Source of the DNA: Phototrophicaceae bacterium
GTDB lineage: Bacteria; Chloroflexota; Anaerolineae; Aggregatilineales; Phototrophicaceae
Reading direction: 5' to 3'
Assembly (NCBI GenBank): GCA_965207905.1
Contig: OZ242316.1
Location: forward strand, 4,163,848 to 4,227,847
DNA: 64,000 nt
The notes beneath the pieces are model-generated. The model did no database searches. It saw nothing but the letters and a program-made list of their open reading frames with translations, and was not told the DNA's origin. This document shows, piece after piece, positions 1 to 9,053 of this stretch; the first letter of the stretch is position 1; the number at the start of each line of letters is the position of its first letter. Made by a program: the position numbers and the translations under genes.

Positions 1-630
1 CGCAGGCAGGATGAGATGCGACAGGGCGTCGCCGAAGGTATTCCAATCGCCGTTCAACAGGGCGTCGATGGTGTACATGCCGGTGACGGTCGGCGGCGGA
101 CGCATAATGATTTTGAGCCGGCCCGGCCCCGCGGCGATTCCCAATTGGGCATAGAAGACATTCAAGAGTACCAAGCCAATCAAGAAGACCGGAAAGCTGA
201 TACCGATCAAGGCGATCACGCGCGCGATATAATCTGCCCAACTGTCCTTCCAAATGGCGGAGACCAGCCCCAAACCCACACCCAAAGCCACGCCATAGAT
301 GATGCCGAGCGTGGCCAGTTCAATGGTGGCGGGCAAGCGTTTGGCGATGTCTTCTGATACCGGCCTGCGCCACTTGATGGAAACGCCCATATCGCCTTGC
401 AGTAAATTGCCGAGATAGGTCAGGTATTGTTCGTGCAGCGGTTTATCCAAGCCCCATTTCTTGCGGAAGGCGGCGATGGTGTCCTCGTCGTTCAGCGCGT
501 TGGGCGGTAGATTGGCGTTGATAGGATCGGCCGGGATGGCGTTGGCAATGATGAAGGCGACCACGGTGATGCCCAGCAGAATAGGAATCACCAGAATCAA
601 GCGGCGGACGAAATAGCGAATGAAACTCAT
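1..630 (-). CDS. ABC transporter permease, Dpp/Opp (peptide/nickel) type, DppB-like; C-terminus lies beyond the window start
   Basis: Not in the ORF track because there is no stop in the window. My minus-strand translation from ATG (628-630) reads MSFIRYFVRRLILVIPILLGITVVAFIIANAIPADPINA...GNLLQGDMGISI...ATIELATLGII, a typical DppB/OppB N-terminus. It lies directly downstream of the family-5 binding-protein gene. Confidence 0.8.
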   Translation of the reverse strand, partial: MSFIRYFVRRLILVIPILLGITVVAFIIANAIPADPINANLPPNALNDEDTIAAFRKKWGLDKPLHEQYLTYLGNLLQGDMGVSIKWRRPVSEDIAKRLPATIELATLGIIYGVALGVGLGLVSAIWKDSWADYIARVIALIGISFPVFLIGLVLLNVFYAQLGIAAGPGRLKIIMRPPPTVTGMYTIDALLNGDWNTFGDALSHLILPA

Positions 631-770
631 GGGCATCCGGTCGAATCTTGGCGAACGAATCTTAGTTTAACACATCAAGGCTGGGACGATAAAACATGCG
701 GCTCAACTAAAGAGGGGCGAGCCACCGACCCGCCCCCATTCGCAATCAGACTTGAGTTAGCGCAGCGAAG

Positions 771-2360
771 CTACTCCGCGCGGCTCAAAATCCCGACGTC
801 CAAGAGCCAGTGCGGGTGCCAAATATAGCCCTCAATGTCAGCCCCGTAGGCGGTGGCAACATCCGGCACGTTAAAGGGCGCGAATGGTCCGTACTGCATG
901 GTGTATTCTTGCAGCGTGGTGAATAGCGCCAGGCGCTCGTCCGGGTCGCTAGCGACCTTGGCGGCCGCGATCATATCCTGGATCTCTTGCGGCAAACTCT
1001 CCAGCTGCCAGTTATTGCGCTCTGTCGCGACCTTGCCGGGCGGCATGAAGCTGAGGAAGTCCAGCGAGTCAAGGATATCCGGACCCCAGAGCCAATAGCC
1101 GATGCCGTGCAGGCCGCTGCGGTACTTGTCAAGCGCCACTTGCAACTCGCCCGGCTGCAACGTCACGTTGATGCCAACTTCGGCCAGATCGGCCTGAATC
1201 TTTTGCGCGTTGGTGTTGAAGTCGACGCCGCCGGCGCCAAAGTCGGGGTATTCCAGCAGCATATCAAGCCCATCGGGGTATCCGGCTTCCGCCAGCAGCT
1301 CGCGGGCTTTGTCCAAATCGCGCGAAAAAGCGGCCTCTTCGCCGAGGTTGCCGAAGAAACCGGCCGTCATATTCGTCGCCGGCTTAACGCCGCCCCACAG
1401 GGTCTTGTAGCCTTCGTAATCCAGCGCGTAACGCACAGCCAGCTGAACAGTCGGGTTGGCGAAGGGACCACTATATTGTTCATCAGTGTTCATGATGATG
1501 AAGTGCGTCAAGACGCCGGGTCCCCTAAAGATATTGATGTCTTCATTACCTTCCAGGGTCGCGACTTGGTCAGGGCTAAGGTCGAGCGCCAGATCAATAT
1601 CGCCGGCTTCCAAGGCGGCCTTTTGCGTGGCGCCTTCCGGCATGTGGATGAAGATTACGCGATCGAAGTAGGGCTGCTCACCCCAGAAGTTGTCGTTGCG
1701 GACCAGCTCAGTGCGATTCTGCGGCTCCCACAGATCCAGCACGTAGGGCCCGGAACCGGCCGATGTGCTGTCCAGATAAGCGCCGGCGTCATCAGTCTCG
1801 GCCGCGTCCATGGCGTCTGTGCCGCCATTTGCCCGTACCACATCGGCATTGGTGACGCTGAAGACACCGGTGGTGATCTCCGACAAGAAGGAAGGACGCG
1901 GATCAACCAAGGTGATAGCCACGGTGTCATCATCAAGCGCTTCCAGCGAATCAATCGGGTTCGCCATGAAAGAAGGATTGCCGTCGCGATACTTCAGGCG
2001 GTTGAACGAGAAAACGACATCGTCAGCCGTCACGTCATCGCCATTGGCGAAGACGGCGTCCGGATTCAACGAGAAGGTGTAGACCTTTCCATCATCGGAA
2101 ATCTCCCAACTTTCGGCGAGCACCGGCACAATCCGGCTGGCGTCTTCATCGGGGAAGGTGACCAACTGGCTGTAGGTCACGTGATTGACGATATGCGTCG
2201 AATGGGTGAAGCCATTGGCCGGGTCGTAGGCGTCTGTCTGTTCCTTCCAACCCACGATCAGCGTTTTCTCGTCCTGCGCCAGGCCCGTAAAGGCACTGAG
2301 GGCGAGCGCCAGCAGCACCAGCAGGACAAACAAATACTTAGAGCGGTTCATTTTGTACAC
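771..2360 (-). CDS. ABC transporter substrate-binding protein, family 5 (peptide/nickel/oligosaccharide type), secreted
   Basis: 529-aa ORF with an N-terminal signal peptide (KYLFVLLVLLALALSAFTGLAQ). Its length and layout are typical of SBP_bac_5, and a DppB-like permease follows it. Confidence 0.85.
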   Translation of the reverse strand: MYKMNRSKYLFVLLVLLALALSAFTGLAQDEKTLIVGWKEQTDAYDPANGFTHSTHIVNHVTYSQLVTFPDEDASRIVPVLAESWEISDDGKVYTFSLNPDAVFANGDDVTADDVVFSFNRLKYRDGNPSFMANPIDSLEALDDDTVAITLVDPRPSFLSEITTGVFSVTNADVVRANGGTDAMDAAETDDAGAYLDSTSAGSGPYVLDLWEPQNRTELVRNDNFWGEQPYFDRVIFIHMPEGATQKAALEAGDIDLALDLSPDQVATLEGNEDINIFRGPGVLTHFIIMNTDEQYSGPFANPTVQLAVRYALDYEGYKTLWGGVKPATNMTAGFFGNLGEEAAFSRDLDKARELLAEAGYPDGLDMLLEYPDFGAGGVDFNTNAQKIQADLAEVGINVTLQPGELQVALDKYRSGLHGIGYWLWGPDILDSLDFLSFMPPGKVATERNNWQLESLPQEIQDMIAAAKVASDPDERLALFTTLQEYTMQYGPFAPFNVPDVATAYGADIEGYIWHPHWLLDVGILSRAE

Positions 2361-2449
2361 TCCTTCTAGAGTTTATAGAACGATACTTTGTAGCAGGGGG
2401 AGTATAACGAATCGCGCTGACCTGCGCAATCAGGTGGAGTGAGATAAGC

Positions 2450-3340
2450 TCATCCCTTGACGCCGCTCAAGACAAAGCCCTGGATGAAGTAGCGCTGCGC
2501 CAGAAAGAAGACGATCATTGGCGGCGCAAGCGCCATGCCCGATGCCGCCATCATCAAGGCGAAGTCGGAGCGGTACTCGGAGATAAATGCCGAAATGCCG
2601 ACCGAAATGGGGAATTTGCTCTGATCCTGAATGTAGATCAAGGGCAGCAAGAATTCATTCCAGTAAAAGAAGAAAGCGAAGATGGCCACGGTCGCCAGCG
2701 CCGGGCGCGAAAGCGGCAGCATGATATTGAGGAAGATCTGCAGCCGATTGGCGCCGTCGATGCGCGCCGCGTCTTCCAGGTCTTGGGGCACGGTCATGAA
2801 GAACTGCCGCAAGAGGAAAGTGTAGAAGGGCTGGGCGAAGAAAGCCGGCACCAAAATCGGCAAATAAGAATTCAGCCAGCCGAACCAGCGGAACATCAAA
2901 AACGACGGGATCAGCGTCACCCAAATCGGCACCATCATCGTCGACAGCATCAGCAGGAAAAGCGCGTCTTTGCCCGGAAAGCGAAAACGGGCGAAACCGT
3001 AAGCCGCCAGCGAACTGCCGACCAAGGTGCCCACGACGCCGATCACGGTGATAACGGCGGTGTTAATGGTGTAAGTCAGGAAGGGGACCTGGTTGAAGAC
3101 CTCGCCATAATTGGACCACATCCAGGTATGGGGGATCCATTCGATGGGGTAGGTGAAGATCTGATCCTTGGGCTTCACGCTGGTGGAGAGCATCCAGAGC
3201 AAGGGATAAAGAAAGAGCAGTGCGCCCGGGATCAGTATCAAATAGGTCACCAGGTGGTTCTGCAAGTGCAGCCGTTTGCGGCGCGACCAGAAGCCGCCGC
3301 TCTTACTCTTGCTGGTTGCTGATGCTGTCGCCGTGGCCAT
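2450..3340 (-). CDS. Carbohydrate ABC transporter permease (CUT1, MalG-like)
   Basis: The ORF track gives 2450-3388. I prefer ATG at 3340 (MATATAS...), which removes the overlap with the upstream gene. It has multiple TM segments and the EAA loop LEDAARIDGANRLQIFLNIMLP. Confidence 0.85.
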   Translation of the reverse strand: MATATASATSKSKSGGFWSRRKRLHLQNHLVTYLILIPGALLFLYPLLWMLSTSVKPKDQIFTYPIEWIPHTWMWSNYGEVFNQVPFLTYTINTAVITVIGVVGTLVGSSLAAYGFARFRFPGKDALFLLMLSTMMVPIWVTLIPSFLMFRWFGWLNSYLPILVPAFFAQPFYTFLLRQFFMTVPQDLEDAARIDGANRLQIFLNIMLPLSRPALATVAIFAFFFYWNEFLLPLIYIQDQSKFPISVGISAFISEYRSDFALMMAASGMALAPPMIVFFLAQRYFIQGFVLSGVKG

Positions 3341-3348
3341 GACGCGTC

Positions 3349-4236
3349 CTACACCAACTCGTAATTGACGCGATAACGCGAGACCCACAAGATGCAGAGC
3401 GTGACGATGAAAATAATGACAAAAAGTACGCCGGCCTGGGCTGAGGCGTAACCCAGCCGCAGCTCGCGGAAGGTCGTCTGATAGAGATTAATCGAATAGA
3501 AATAAGTGGCGTAATTAGGGCCGCCGCGCGTCATGATATAAGCCTGCGTGAAGACCTGCATCGAATTGATAAAGCCGACTATGAGCACAAAGAATATCGT
3601 TGGCGACATCAGCGGGATGGTGATGCTCCAAAGGCGCCAGCGCCGGTTGGCGCCATCGACCTCGGCCGCCTCGTAGAGCTCGGGCGGGATGCCCTGCAAG
3701 CCCGCGAGGAAGATGATGATGGTGCTGCCGACGCGCCAAAGCTCCATGATGATGATAGAGGGCAGCGCCCAACTCTCGGAGACGATCCAGCCGATCCGCT
3801 TGATGCCGAAGAAGCCCAGCAGCCAGTTCAACGAGCCGAATTCGCGGTGGAAGAGGAAGGACCACAAAACCGCCACCGCCACGCCGGAGAGCACCGCCGG
3901 CAGATAATAGATGGTGCGGAAGAGCCGCATCCCGCGCACGGGCTGATTCATCACTATGGCCAGGGCGAAGCCGATGATGAGATTCAATATCAAGTAAAAG
4001 AAGGTGAAAACCAGCGTGACCTTCAGCGATTGCCAGAAGCGCGAATCTCGCGAAAGCTGAATATAATTCTCGAAGCCGATAAACTCGATGGCGGAGACGC
4101 CATTCCAGTCGGTGAAGCTGAAACCGAGCGCGGCGGTCAAGGGGCCGGCGGTGAAAACCAGGAAGCCGATGAACCAGGGCAATATGAAGAGATAGCCTTG
4201 TATCGCCTCGCGGCGGAGCAGGTCGCTGCGGAACAT
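3349..4236 (-). CDS. Carbohydrate ABC transporter permease (CUT1, MalF-like)
   Basis: The ORF track gives 3349-4296; the likely start is MFRSDLLRREAIQGYLFILPWF at 4236. The EAA loop is EAAEVDGANRRWRLWSITIPLMSP. Confidence 0.85.
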   Translation of the reverse strand: MFRSDLLRREAIQGYLFILPWFIGFLVFTAGPLTAALGFSFTDWNGVSAIEFIGFENYIQLSRDSRFWQSLKVTLVFTFFYLILNLIIGFALAIVMNQPVRGMRLFRTIYYLPAVLSGVAVAVLWSFLFHREFGSLNWLLGFFGIKRIGWIVSESWALPSIIIMELWRVGSTIIIFLAGLQGIPPELYEAAEVDGANRRWRLWSITIPLMSPTIFFVLIVGFINSMQVFTQAYIMTRGGPNYATYFYSINLYQTTFRELRLGYASAQAGVLFVIIFIVTLCILWVSRYRVNYELV

Positions 4237-4369
4237 GGGTTTAGATATTCGCTCGAATGATGTCTGCGTACAAGAATTAACGGCGCGCAAAACCACAACC
4301 CGGGGCGCCCAGCTCAGCCAAGCGCCCCGATGTTGTCAATTCAAACCGCCAGTCCAAACACCGGCGACG

Positions 4370-5698
4370 TTATTCATCCTCGGCGTAGCGCGCGGCCGCG
4401 GCATTGGCTTCTTCTTCAATCTGGGCCAGCGCTTCTTCCGGATCGTTGCCTTCAAAGACGCCGATGATGCGCGCGTTCCAGGCCGCGTCATACTCGCCCA
4501 TGAAGACGGGATAGGACCAATTTATGGCGTCATTCAGCATCTGTTCGGGGAAGACCTGCACGTACCTGCCCTTCCAGATATCCGTGCCCGCCACCTCTTC
4601 CCAGCGCGGCACAGAGGAAAGCCGCCCCGGCACGCTGCGCAGGTTATTCGATATCAGGATATTGGTCGATTCCGTATTGGTGATGTACTTGCAGAATTCC
4701 CAAGCCACATCGAGGTCTTCGGTGTTGGTGGCGATGCCCCAGGCGCCGCCGGCGGCCGAAACGCTGGTCAAGCCGGTGGAGCCGCGCGGCAGCTTAACGA
4801 TATCCCATTCAAAGGAATCGCCGATGCCGTCCAGCATGTAAAATGCCGCCCAGGATCCCTGCACCTCCATCGCGATATTGCCGGTCAGGAATGGATCCAG
4901 CCCGGCGGGCGTCATGCCGCGGTGCACCGCATTGCCGGCCGCGATCTCATCCTGGATCCGCTTCAAGGTAGCGACATTCTCGGGATTATTGACGATGCAG
5001 CTGCGGTTGTCTTCACTGAAGGTGGCGCCGCCGCCGGCATGCAGCAAGCCCATCATCATCCAGCCCCAGGTCCACAGTTCCACGCCCCAACGGGTTTGGT
5101 CGCCCGGCTCGCCGTCTTTGAAGGCGGACGCGATCTCAAAGCAGTCGTCCCAGGTCCAGTCGTTGGTGGGGTAGGGTACACCCACTTCATCAAACATGGT
5201 CTTGTTGTAATACATGGCCACGTTGGAGAAATCGTAGGGCAGGGTCATCAACTGACCCTCGTAGGAATTCTGCGCCACTTGCGCCGGCCAGAAGTCCGAA
5301 AAGTCCATACCATCGCGCTCCATCAGCTCGTTCAGCGGCGTGATCCAGCCGCGCGCGCCGAAGGGAGCAGCGTCAAAGGAGCGGACGTAAAAGAGATCGG
5401 GCAAGGTCCCGCCAACGCCTGCAGTGTTGATCTGCGTGTAATAAAGCGAAGCATCGCCGCTATTGATGAGATTGATAGCAACATCGGGATACTCTTCATT
5501 GAAATTCTCGATGACGATTTTGAAGTCATTCACGCTCAATGTGTTGTGGTTCGTATTCCACTGAAGCGCGCCTGACATATCGCTCTGCGCGAGTGATGCC
5601 AAGGGCAAGGCGCTCGATGCCGCGAGCCCGCCCGCCATTGCGCCCGCTGACTTCAAGAAGTCCCGCCTGCTTAAGCCGCCAGAATTTCTTCTATACAT
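4370..5698 (-). CDS. Extracellular solute-binding protein family 1 (sugar ABC transporter), Tat-exported
   Basis: 442 aa with a twin-arginine signal (SRRDFLKSAGAMAGGLAASSALPLASLAQ). It sits upstream of two CUT1 permeases. Confidence 0.85.
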   Translation of the reverse strand: MYRRNSGGLSRRDFLKSAGAMAGGLAASSALPLASLAQSDMSGALQWNTNHNTLSVNDFKIVIENFNEEYPDVAINLINSGDASLYYTQINTAGVGGTLPDLFYVRSFDAAPFGARGWITPLNELMERDGMDFSDFWPAQVAQNSYEGQLMTLPYDFSNVAMYYNKTMFDEVGVPYPTNDWTWDDCFEIASAFKDGEPGDQTRWGVELWTWGWMMMGLLHAGGGATFSEDNRSCIVNNPENVATLKRIQDEIAAGNAVHRGMTPAGLDPFLTGNIAMEVQGSWAAFYMLDGIGDSFEWDIVKLPRGSTGLTSVSAAGGAWGIATNTEDLDVAWEFCKYITNTESTNILISNNLRSVPGRLSSVPRWEEVAGTDIWKGRYVQVFPEQMLNDAINWSYPVFMGEYDAAWNARIIGVFEGNDPEEALAQIEEEANAAAARYAEDE

Positions 5699-5756
5699 TG
5701 TTGCCTCCTTATAACTTCAGCAAAACCTGCAAATGTACAAGTTACACTCGAAGAAA

Positions 5757-5785
5757 AGCATAGCGAAGCTAGCGGCGCTTGTCAA
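5757..5785 (-). promoter_or_regulatory. Candidate sigma70-type promoter for the sugar ABC operon
   Basis: The minus strand reads TTGACA (5785-5780), a 17-nt spacer, then TATGCT (5762-5757). It lies about 55 nt upstream of ATG 5698, and the SD AAGGAGG precedes the start. Confidence 0.45.
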
Positions 5786-5810
5786 AAACACGCGTCAAGG
5801 GCGGCTAGCG

Positions 5811-6845
5811 CTAGAGCTCTACGCGCCGCCCCTCGCGCGCTGACTGATAGGCGCCCAGGATCATCTCAATGCACACTTTGCCGTCTTCGGCGGTCGCCAG
5901 CGGCGGACCATCGCCCTTGATGAAGTCGACTACCGGGCGGGCGACGCCGTGGATGCGGCTGCCGTGTGGCACGAAGGGGAAGTCGAAGCGCTCCCAATCC
6001 TCTGCGCCGGCGCGGAAGAGCTTCAGCGGCGTGGCATCGGGCGGCGGTATGGTGGAAGGCGCGTCGCCGAAGTTCTGATGGATCGTGCCGGCATCGCCGT
6101 AGATCTCGGTAGTGGCTTCGGCCGCCAGTTGGGTCGAGCTGTTGAAGAGGATGCCCATTTCGCCCTTGCTGAAGCGATAGATGGCGACGCCGTTGTCATC
6201 GGGCGCGACATCGGTGACGATGTTGTCGATCTCGGCCATAACGCTGACCGGGCGCCCCAACATCCAGTAGAACCAGTCGGCGGCGTGCGAGGCGTCGTCC
6301 ATGAACATGCCCATGTTCTGGGCAGGATCCATATGCCAGTTGCCGGAATCGGCGAAGCTAGGCATGAGCAGGGCGGGAATGGCGTGGCGGCGGCGAATCG
6401 CCGCGATATTGCCGACCGCGCCCTCGTCGATCAGCGCTTTCATCTTCTGATTGATGGGGTCGCCGCGCATCTGATAACACATGCTGAATTTGACGCCCGT
6501 CCGTTCCACCACTTCAATGATGGCGTCGCAGTCTTCCAGAGTCAGCGCCATCGGCTTCTGCAGCAAGACGCCCTTGCCTGCTTCGGCGGCGGCGATGACG
6601 TGCTCGGCGTGTCTGTTGGTCGGGCTGGTGACGAAGACGGCGTCGATGTCGGCGCGCGCCAGCAACTGATCGAGATCAGGCATCCAGTCCAAGCCGAATT
6701 CGGCGGCCTGCGTCTGGCCGCGTTCGTGGTCGTCATCCCAGGCGGCGACTATGTCGGCATCGTCGTAGTCGGCGATGACCTGGCAATAACGGATTACGTG
6801 GCCATGGGCGAAGCTGATGACGCCGAGGCGAATGGGATCGGGCAT
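5811..6845 (-). CDS. Gfo/Idh/MocA family oxidoreductase
   Basis: 344 aa. The N-terminal Rossmann segment (IRLGVISFAHGHV...VTSPTNRHAEHVIAAAEAGKGVLLQKP) is typical of the family. Confidence 0.85.
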   Translation of the reverse strand: MPDPIRLGVISFAHGHVIRYCQVIADYDDADIVAAWDDDHERGQTQAAEFGLDWMPDLDQLLARADIDAVFVTSPTNRHAEHVIAAAEAGKGVLLQKPMALTLEDCDAIIEVVERTGVKFSMCYQMRGDPINQKMKALIDEGAVGNIAAIRRRHAIPALLMPSFADSGNWHMDPAQNMGMFMDDASHAADWFYWMLGRPVSVMAEIDNIVTDVAPDDNGVAIYRFSKGEMGILFNSSTQLAAEATTEIYGDAGTIHQNFGDAPSTIPPPDATPLKLFRAGAEDWERFDFPFVPHGSRIHGVARPVVDFIKGDGPPLATAEDGKVCIEMILGAYQSAREGRRVEL

Positions 6846-6850
6846 TCTGT

Positions 6851-7249
6851 TTATCCTTCCTGTATAAAGTCGCTGACATCAACATCGACGATGAGGTCCT
6901 CGCCGTCGACGATTATCGGGTAGGTCTTGACGCGCACCGCCGGATCGACCAGGCACTGGCCGCTGGCGATGTCAAATTGCCAGGCATGCCAGGGGCAGCG
7001 GATGATCTCGCCCTCGCGCTCGTAGCCGACAAAGCCGTCCGTCAGCGATGGCGGCGCTTCTGTGCTGCTGCGCCCGGCCACTTCGCCGGTGCAGAGTGGT
7101 CCGCGCTTATGCGGGCAGATATTGCGCAAGGCGTAGTAGGCGCCCTTCACGTTGAAGATGCCGATGCCGGCGCGCCCGCGGAAGGGCACGATGATTTTGC
7201 GCCCGCCGTCCGGGATTTCCGCGACGTTGCCGACCACGATGCCGCTCAC
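6851..7249 (-). CDS. Stand-alone Rieske [2Fe-2S] domain protein
   Basis: 132 aa with CPH...CPWH cluster ligands (NICPHKRGPLCTG ... IIRCPWHAWQF). It overlaps the upstream amidohydrolase gene stop by 4 nt. Confidence 0.8.
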   Translation of the reverse strand: MSGIVVGNVAEIPDGGRKIIVPFRGRAGIGIFNVKGAYYALRNICPHKRGPLCTGEVAGRSSTEAPPSLTDGFVGYEREGEIIRCPWHAWQFDIASGQCLVDPAVRVKTYPIIVDGEDLIVDVDVSDFIQEG

Positions 7250-8430
7250 GCCACGACCGCCTCGATCATGTCGTCCGTAATGCGCAGCATGTCCAGCGCG
7301 TTCTCGGCGAAGATGCGCCGGTGCATGCGCTCGTCCAGCTTGGGCAGCACGGTCACCGGGTCATTCCAATCGAAATGCGGGAAGTCGGTGCAGAATATCA
7401 GCGTCTCATCGGCGTGTAACATCTCCAGCATTTGGTAGACCTGCTCGGTCCGCGGCGGCTCGTGCATGGGCTGGGAGCCGATGCGGATATGCTCGCGGAA
7501 GTATTCGCTGGGCGGGCGCTTCAGCCAGGGCGTCTGGTCGCCGATGGCTTTCCAGTCCGTGTCCATGTGCCACATCAGCGGCACGGCCCACATTTGCTGC
7601 ACTTCGATCAGCGCGACTTTGAAGTTGGGGAACTTCTCGAAGACGCCCTCGACGATCAGCGAAGCCGCCTGCGCGCTGGCCACGCTGGGGCGGGTCATGC
7701 GGTTTTCCATGTAATAGCTGGGGAAGCCGACCGGCGTGAGCGTCGAACCCGGGCTGCCGCCGCCGATATGCGAGACCACGGGCAAATCGTGCTCGGCGCA
7801 GGCCTCCCAGATGGGATGGTACCTGCGCTTGCCGAAAAGGTCCGGCGTCTGCATCGGCATCATGACGGCGGCCGTGTCTTTGCGATGCGCCAGGCGGTGA
7901 ATCTCCTTGACCGCCAGCGCCGGGTCGTTGGGCGCGACCAGGATGGCGTTGACCACGCGCGGGTCTTTGTCCAGCCAGTGCTCGATCGTCCAGTCGTTGA
8001 ATGCCGTGCAGAGCGCCGCCGCCCAATCGGGATCGGGCAAGCCGGCCACGGCCAGGAAGACAGGCGGGCCCGTCAGCAGGGCGAAGTCGATATTCCAGCG
8101 GTCCAGCAGCTCTTTCTGCGTGAATTCCAGCGAGAAGTTGAAGTCCCGCTCTTGCAGCGCCGGGTCCTTGATATCGGGGCGCGTACGGCGGAAGGGCGTA
8201 TTGGCATAGCCGCTGCCCGGCAGGTGCAGCCCCTGATCGAGCAGGTGCTCCTGATAGAACTTGGGCAAATAGGGCAGCAGCTGATGCGGATCGTGGAAGT
8301 TGTGGTGGACGTCGCAATCGACCAGCTTGACGCGGTCGGCGGGTTTGCCTGTCCAGCCCGGTGCGGCGATGGGCGCGGCGCCTTTCTTGCCGATGTGGAT
8401 CTGTGCGAGTTTATCGGCGGTTTGAGTCAT
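7246..8430 (-). CDS. Amidohydrolase family 2 (ACMSD-like metal-dependent hydrolase/decarboxylase)
   Basis: The ORF track starts at a TTG at 8442. I prefer ATG 8430 (MTQTADKLAQIHIG), which is preceded by GGAGGGA. It has the VDCDVHHNF metal-binding motif and a family-typical length. Confidence 0.75.
   Translation of the reverse strand: MTQTADKLAQIHIGKKGAAPIAAPGWTGKPADRVKLVDCDVHHNFHDPHQLLPYLPKFYQEHLLDQGLHLPGSGYANTPFRRTRPDIKDPALQERDFNFSLEFTQKELLDRWNIDFALLTGPPVFLAVAGLPDPDWAAALCTAFNDWTIEHWLDKDPRVVNAILVAPNDPALAVKEIHRLAHRKDTAAVMMPMQTPDLFGKRRYHPIWEACAEHDLPVVSHIGGGSPGSTLTPVGFPSYYMENRMTRPSVASAQAASLIVEGVFEKFPNFKVALIEVQQMWAVPLMWHMDTDWKAIGDQTPWLKRPPSEYFREHIRIGSQPMHEPPRTEQVYQMLEMLHADETLIFCTDFPHFDWNDPVTVLPKLDERMHRRIFAENALDMLRITDDMIEAVVA
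8375..8430. repeat. Direct repeat copy 1: the first ~55 nt of the amidohydrolase CDS, duplicated at 9103-9152
   Basis: gcggcgcc...gccgatgtggatctgtgcgagtttatcgg...cat recurs at 9103-9152. The shared blocks are gcggcgcc, gccgatgtggat and gcgagttt, about 80% identical by eye. Confidence 0.75.
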
Positions 8431-8626
8431 ATCTCCCTCCAATGTCTCCCCGCAGCCTGAGAGCAGGAGAGAATACTTGAACCGTGGCCTATGCCGTAAT
8501 TCAAAACAACCCAGGCCATCAGGCGCAAATCAGATGCGAGAGGGCCCAACACAGAACTTGATGAGAGCATATGGTGCGGTTATGTTGCCCGCCTTTCTGA
8601 TGTTGGGTTACCAGTTGCCGTGCCCC

Positions 8627-8983
8627 TTAGGCCGCGGAGTCGGCTTCGCTTTGGGACGCAAATCGATCCTCGCGACCTTCAAACCTGCCTTCCAGCCGCG
8701 CCAGGCGTTGGTTGCTGTCGTCAACTTTTGTCTCGACAGTTTCGATTCTTTTCTCCAACCTCTGAATGTCGTTTTTGAGTTCCTGGCGAGTCTCGGCGAT
8801 GTCGTTTTTGAGTTCCTGGCGAGATTCGGCGATGTCCCCTTTCAGTTCCCGGCGCAAGTCAGAAATATCGCCTTCGAGCTTGTCGCGCACTTCGGCGATT
8901 TTTCCGTCCAGACGCCAAACGGCGCCAAAGATTACCAGAATTGTAATGACAACGTCCAACGATAGCGATGTGTCCAGGGTCAT
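8627..8983 (-). CDS. Small membrane-anchored coiled-coil protein with 11-aa tandem repeats (function unknown)
   Basis: 118 aa. An N-terminal TM helix (LSLDVVITILVIFGAVW) is followed by DISDLRRELKG / DIAESRQELKN / DIAETRQELKN / DIQRLEKRIE repeats. The opposite-strand ORF 8477-8965 looks like a shadow of it. Confidence 0.55.
   Translation of the reverse strand: MTLDTSLSLDVVITILVIFGAVWRLDGKIAEVRDKLEGDISDLRRELKGDIAESRQELKNDIAETRQELKNDIQRLEKRIETVETKVDDSNQRLARLEGRFEGREDRFASQSEADSAA
8768..8899. repeat. 4 x 33-bp in-frame tandem repeat inside the coiled-coil gene
   Basis: The units are 8768-8800, 8801-8833, 8834-8866 and 8867-8899. The first two differ at only 2 of 33 positions. Confidence 0.85.
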
Positions 8984-9053
8984 TGGAATCCCTCTCCTTC
9001 ACGTGCCGCTAGTCTACAGCATTTGCGGCGGGTTGGCAAAGTTATCGCGCGGA

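Noticed and set aside
987-2369. 460-aa plus-strand ORF covering almost the whole binding-protein gene on the opposite strand
   Set aside because: It is an Arg/Ala/Gly-rich low-complexity translation typical of antisense frames in high-GC genes. The minus-strand product has a signal peptide and a clear SBP family look.
4235-8460. Long plus-strand ORFs 4235-5575 (446 aa), 5949-6923 (324 aa) and 7432-8460 (342 aa)
   Set aside because: All are mirror-frame ORFs of well-supported minus-strand genes (SBP, Gfo/Idh/MocA, amidohydrolase). They have a biased R/A/G/P composition and no motifs.
8477-8965. 162-aa plus-strand ORF overlapping the coiled-coil gene
   Set aside because: It reads the 33-bp repeats in the opposite sense, giving FEFLA-type repeats. 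The minus-strand product has a coherent TM plus heptad/11-mer coiled-coil organisation, so I kept that one. The choice remains uncertain.
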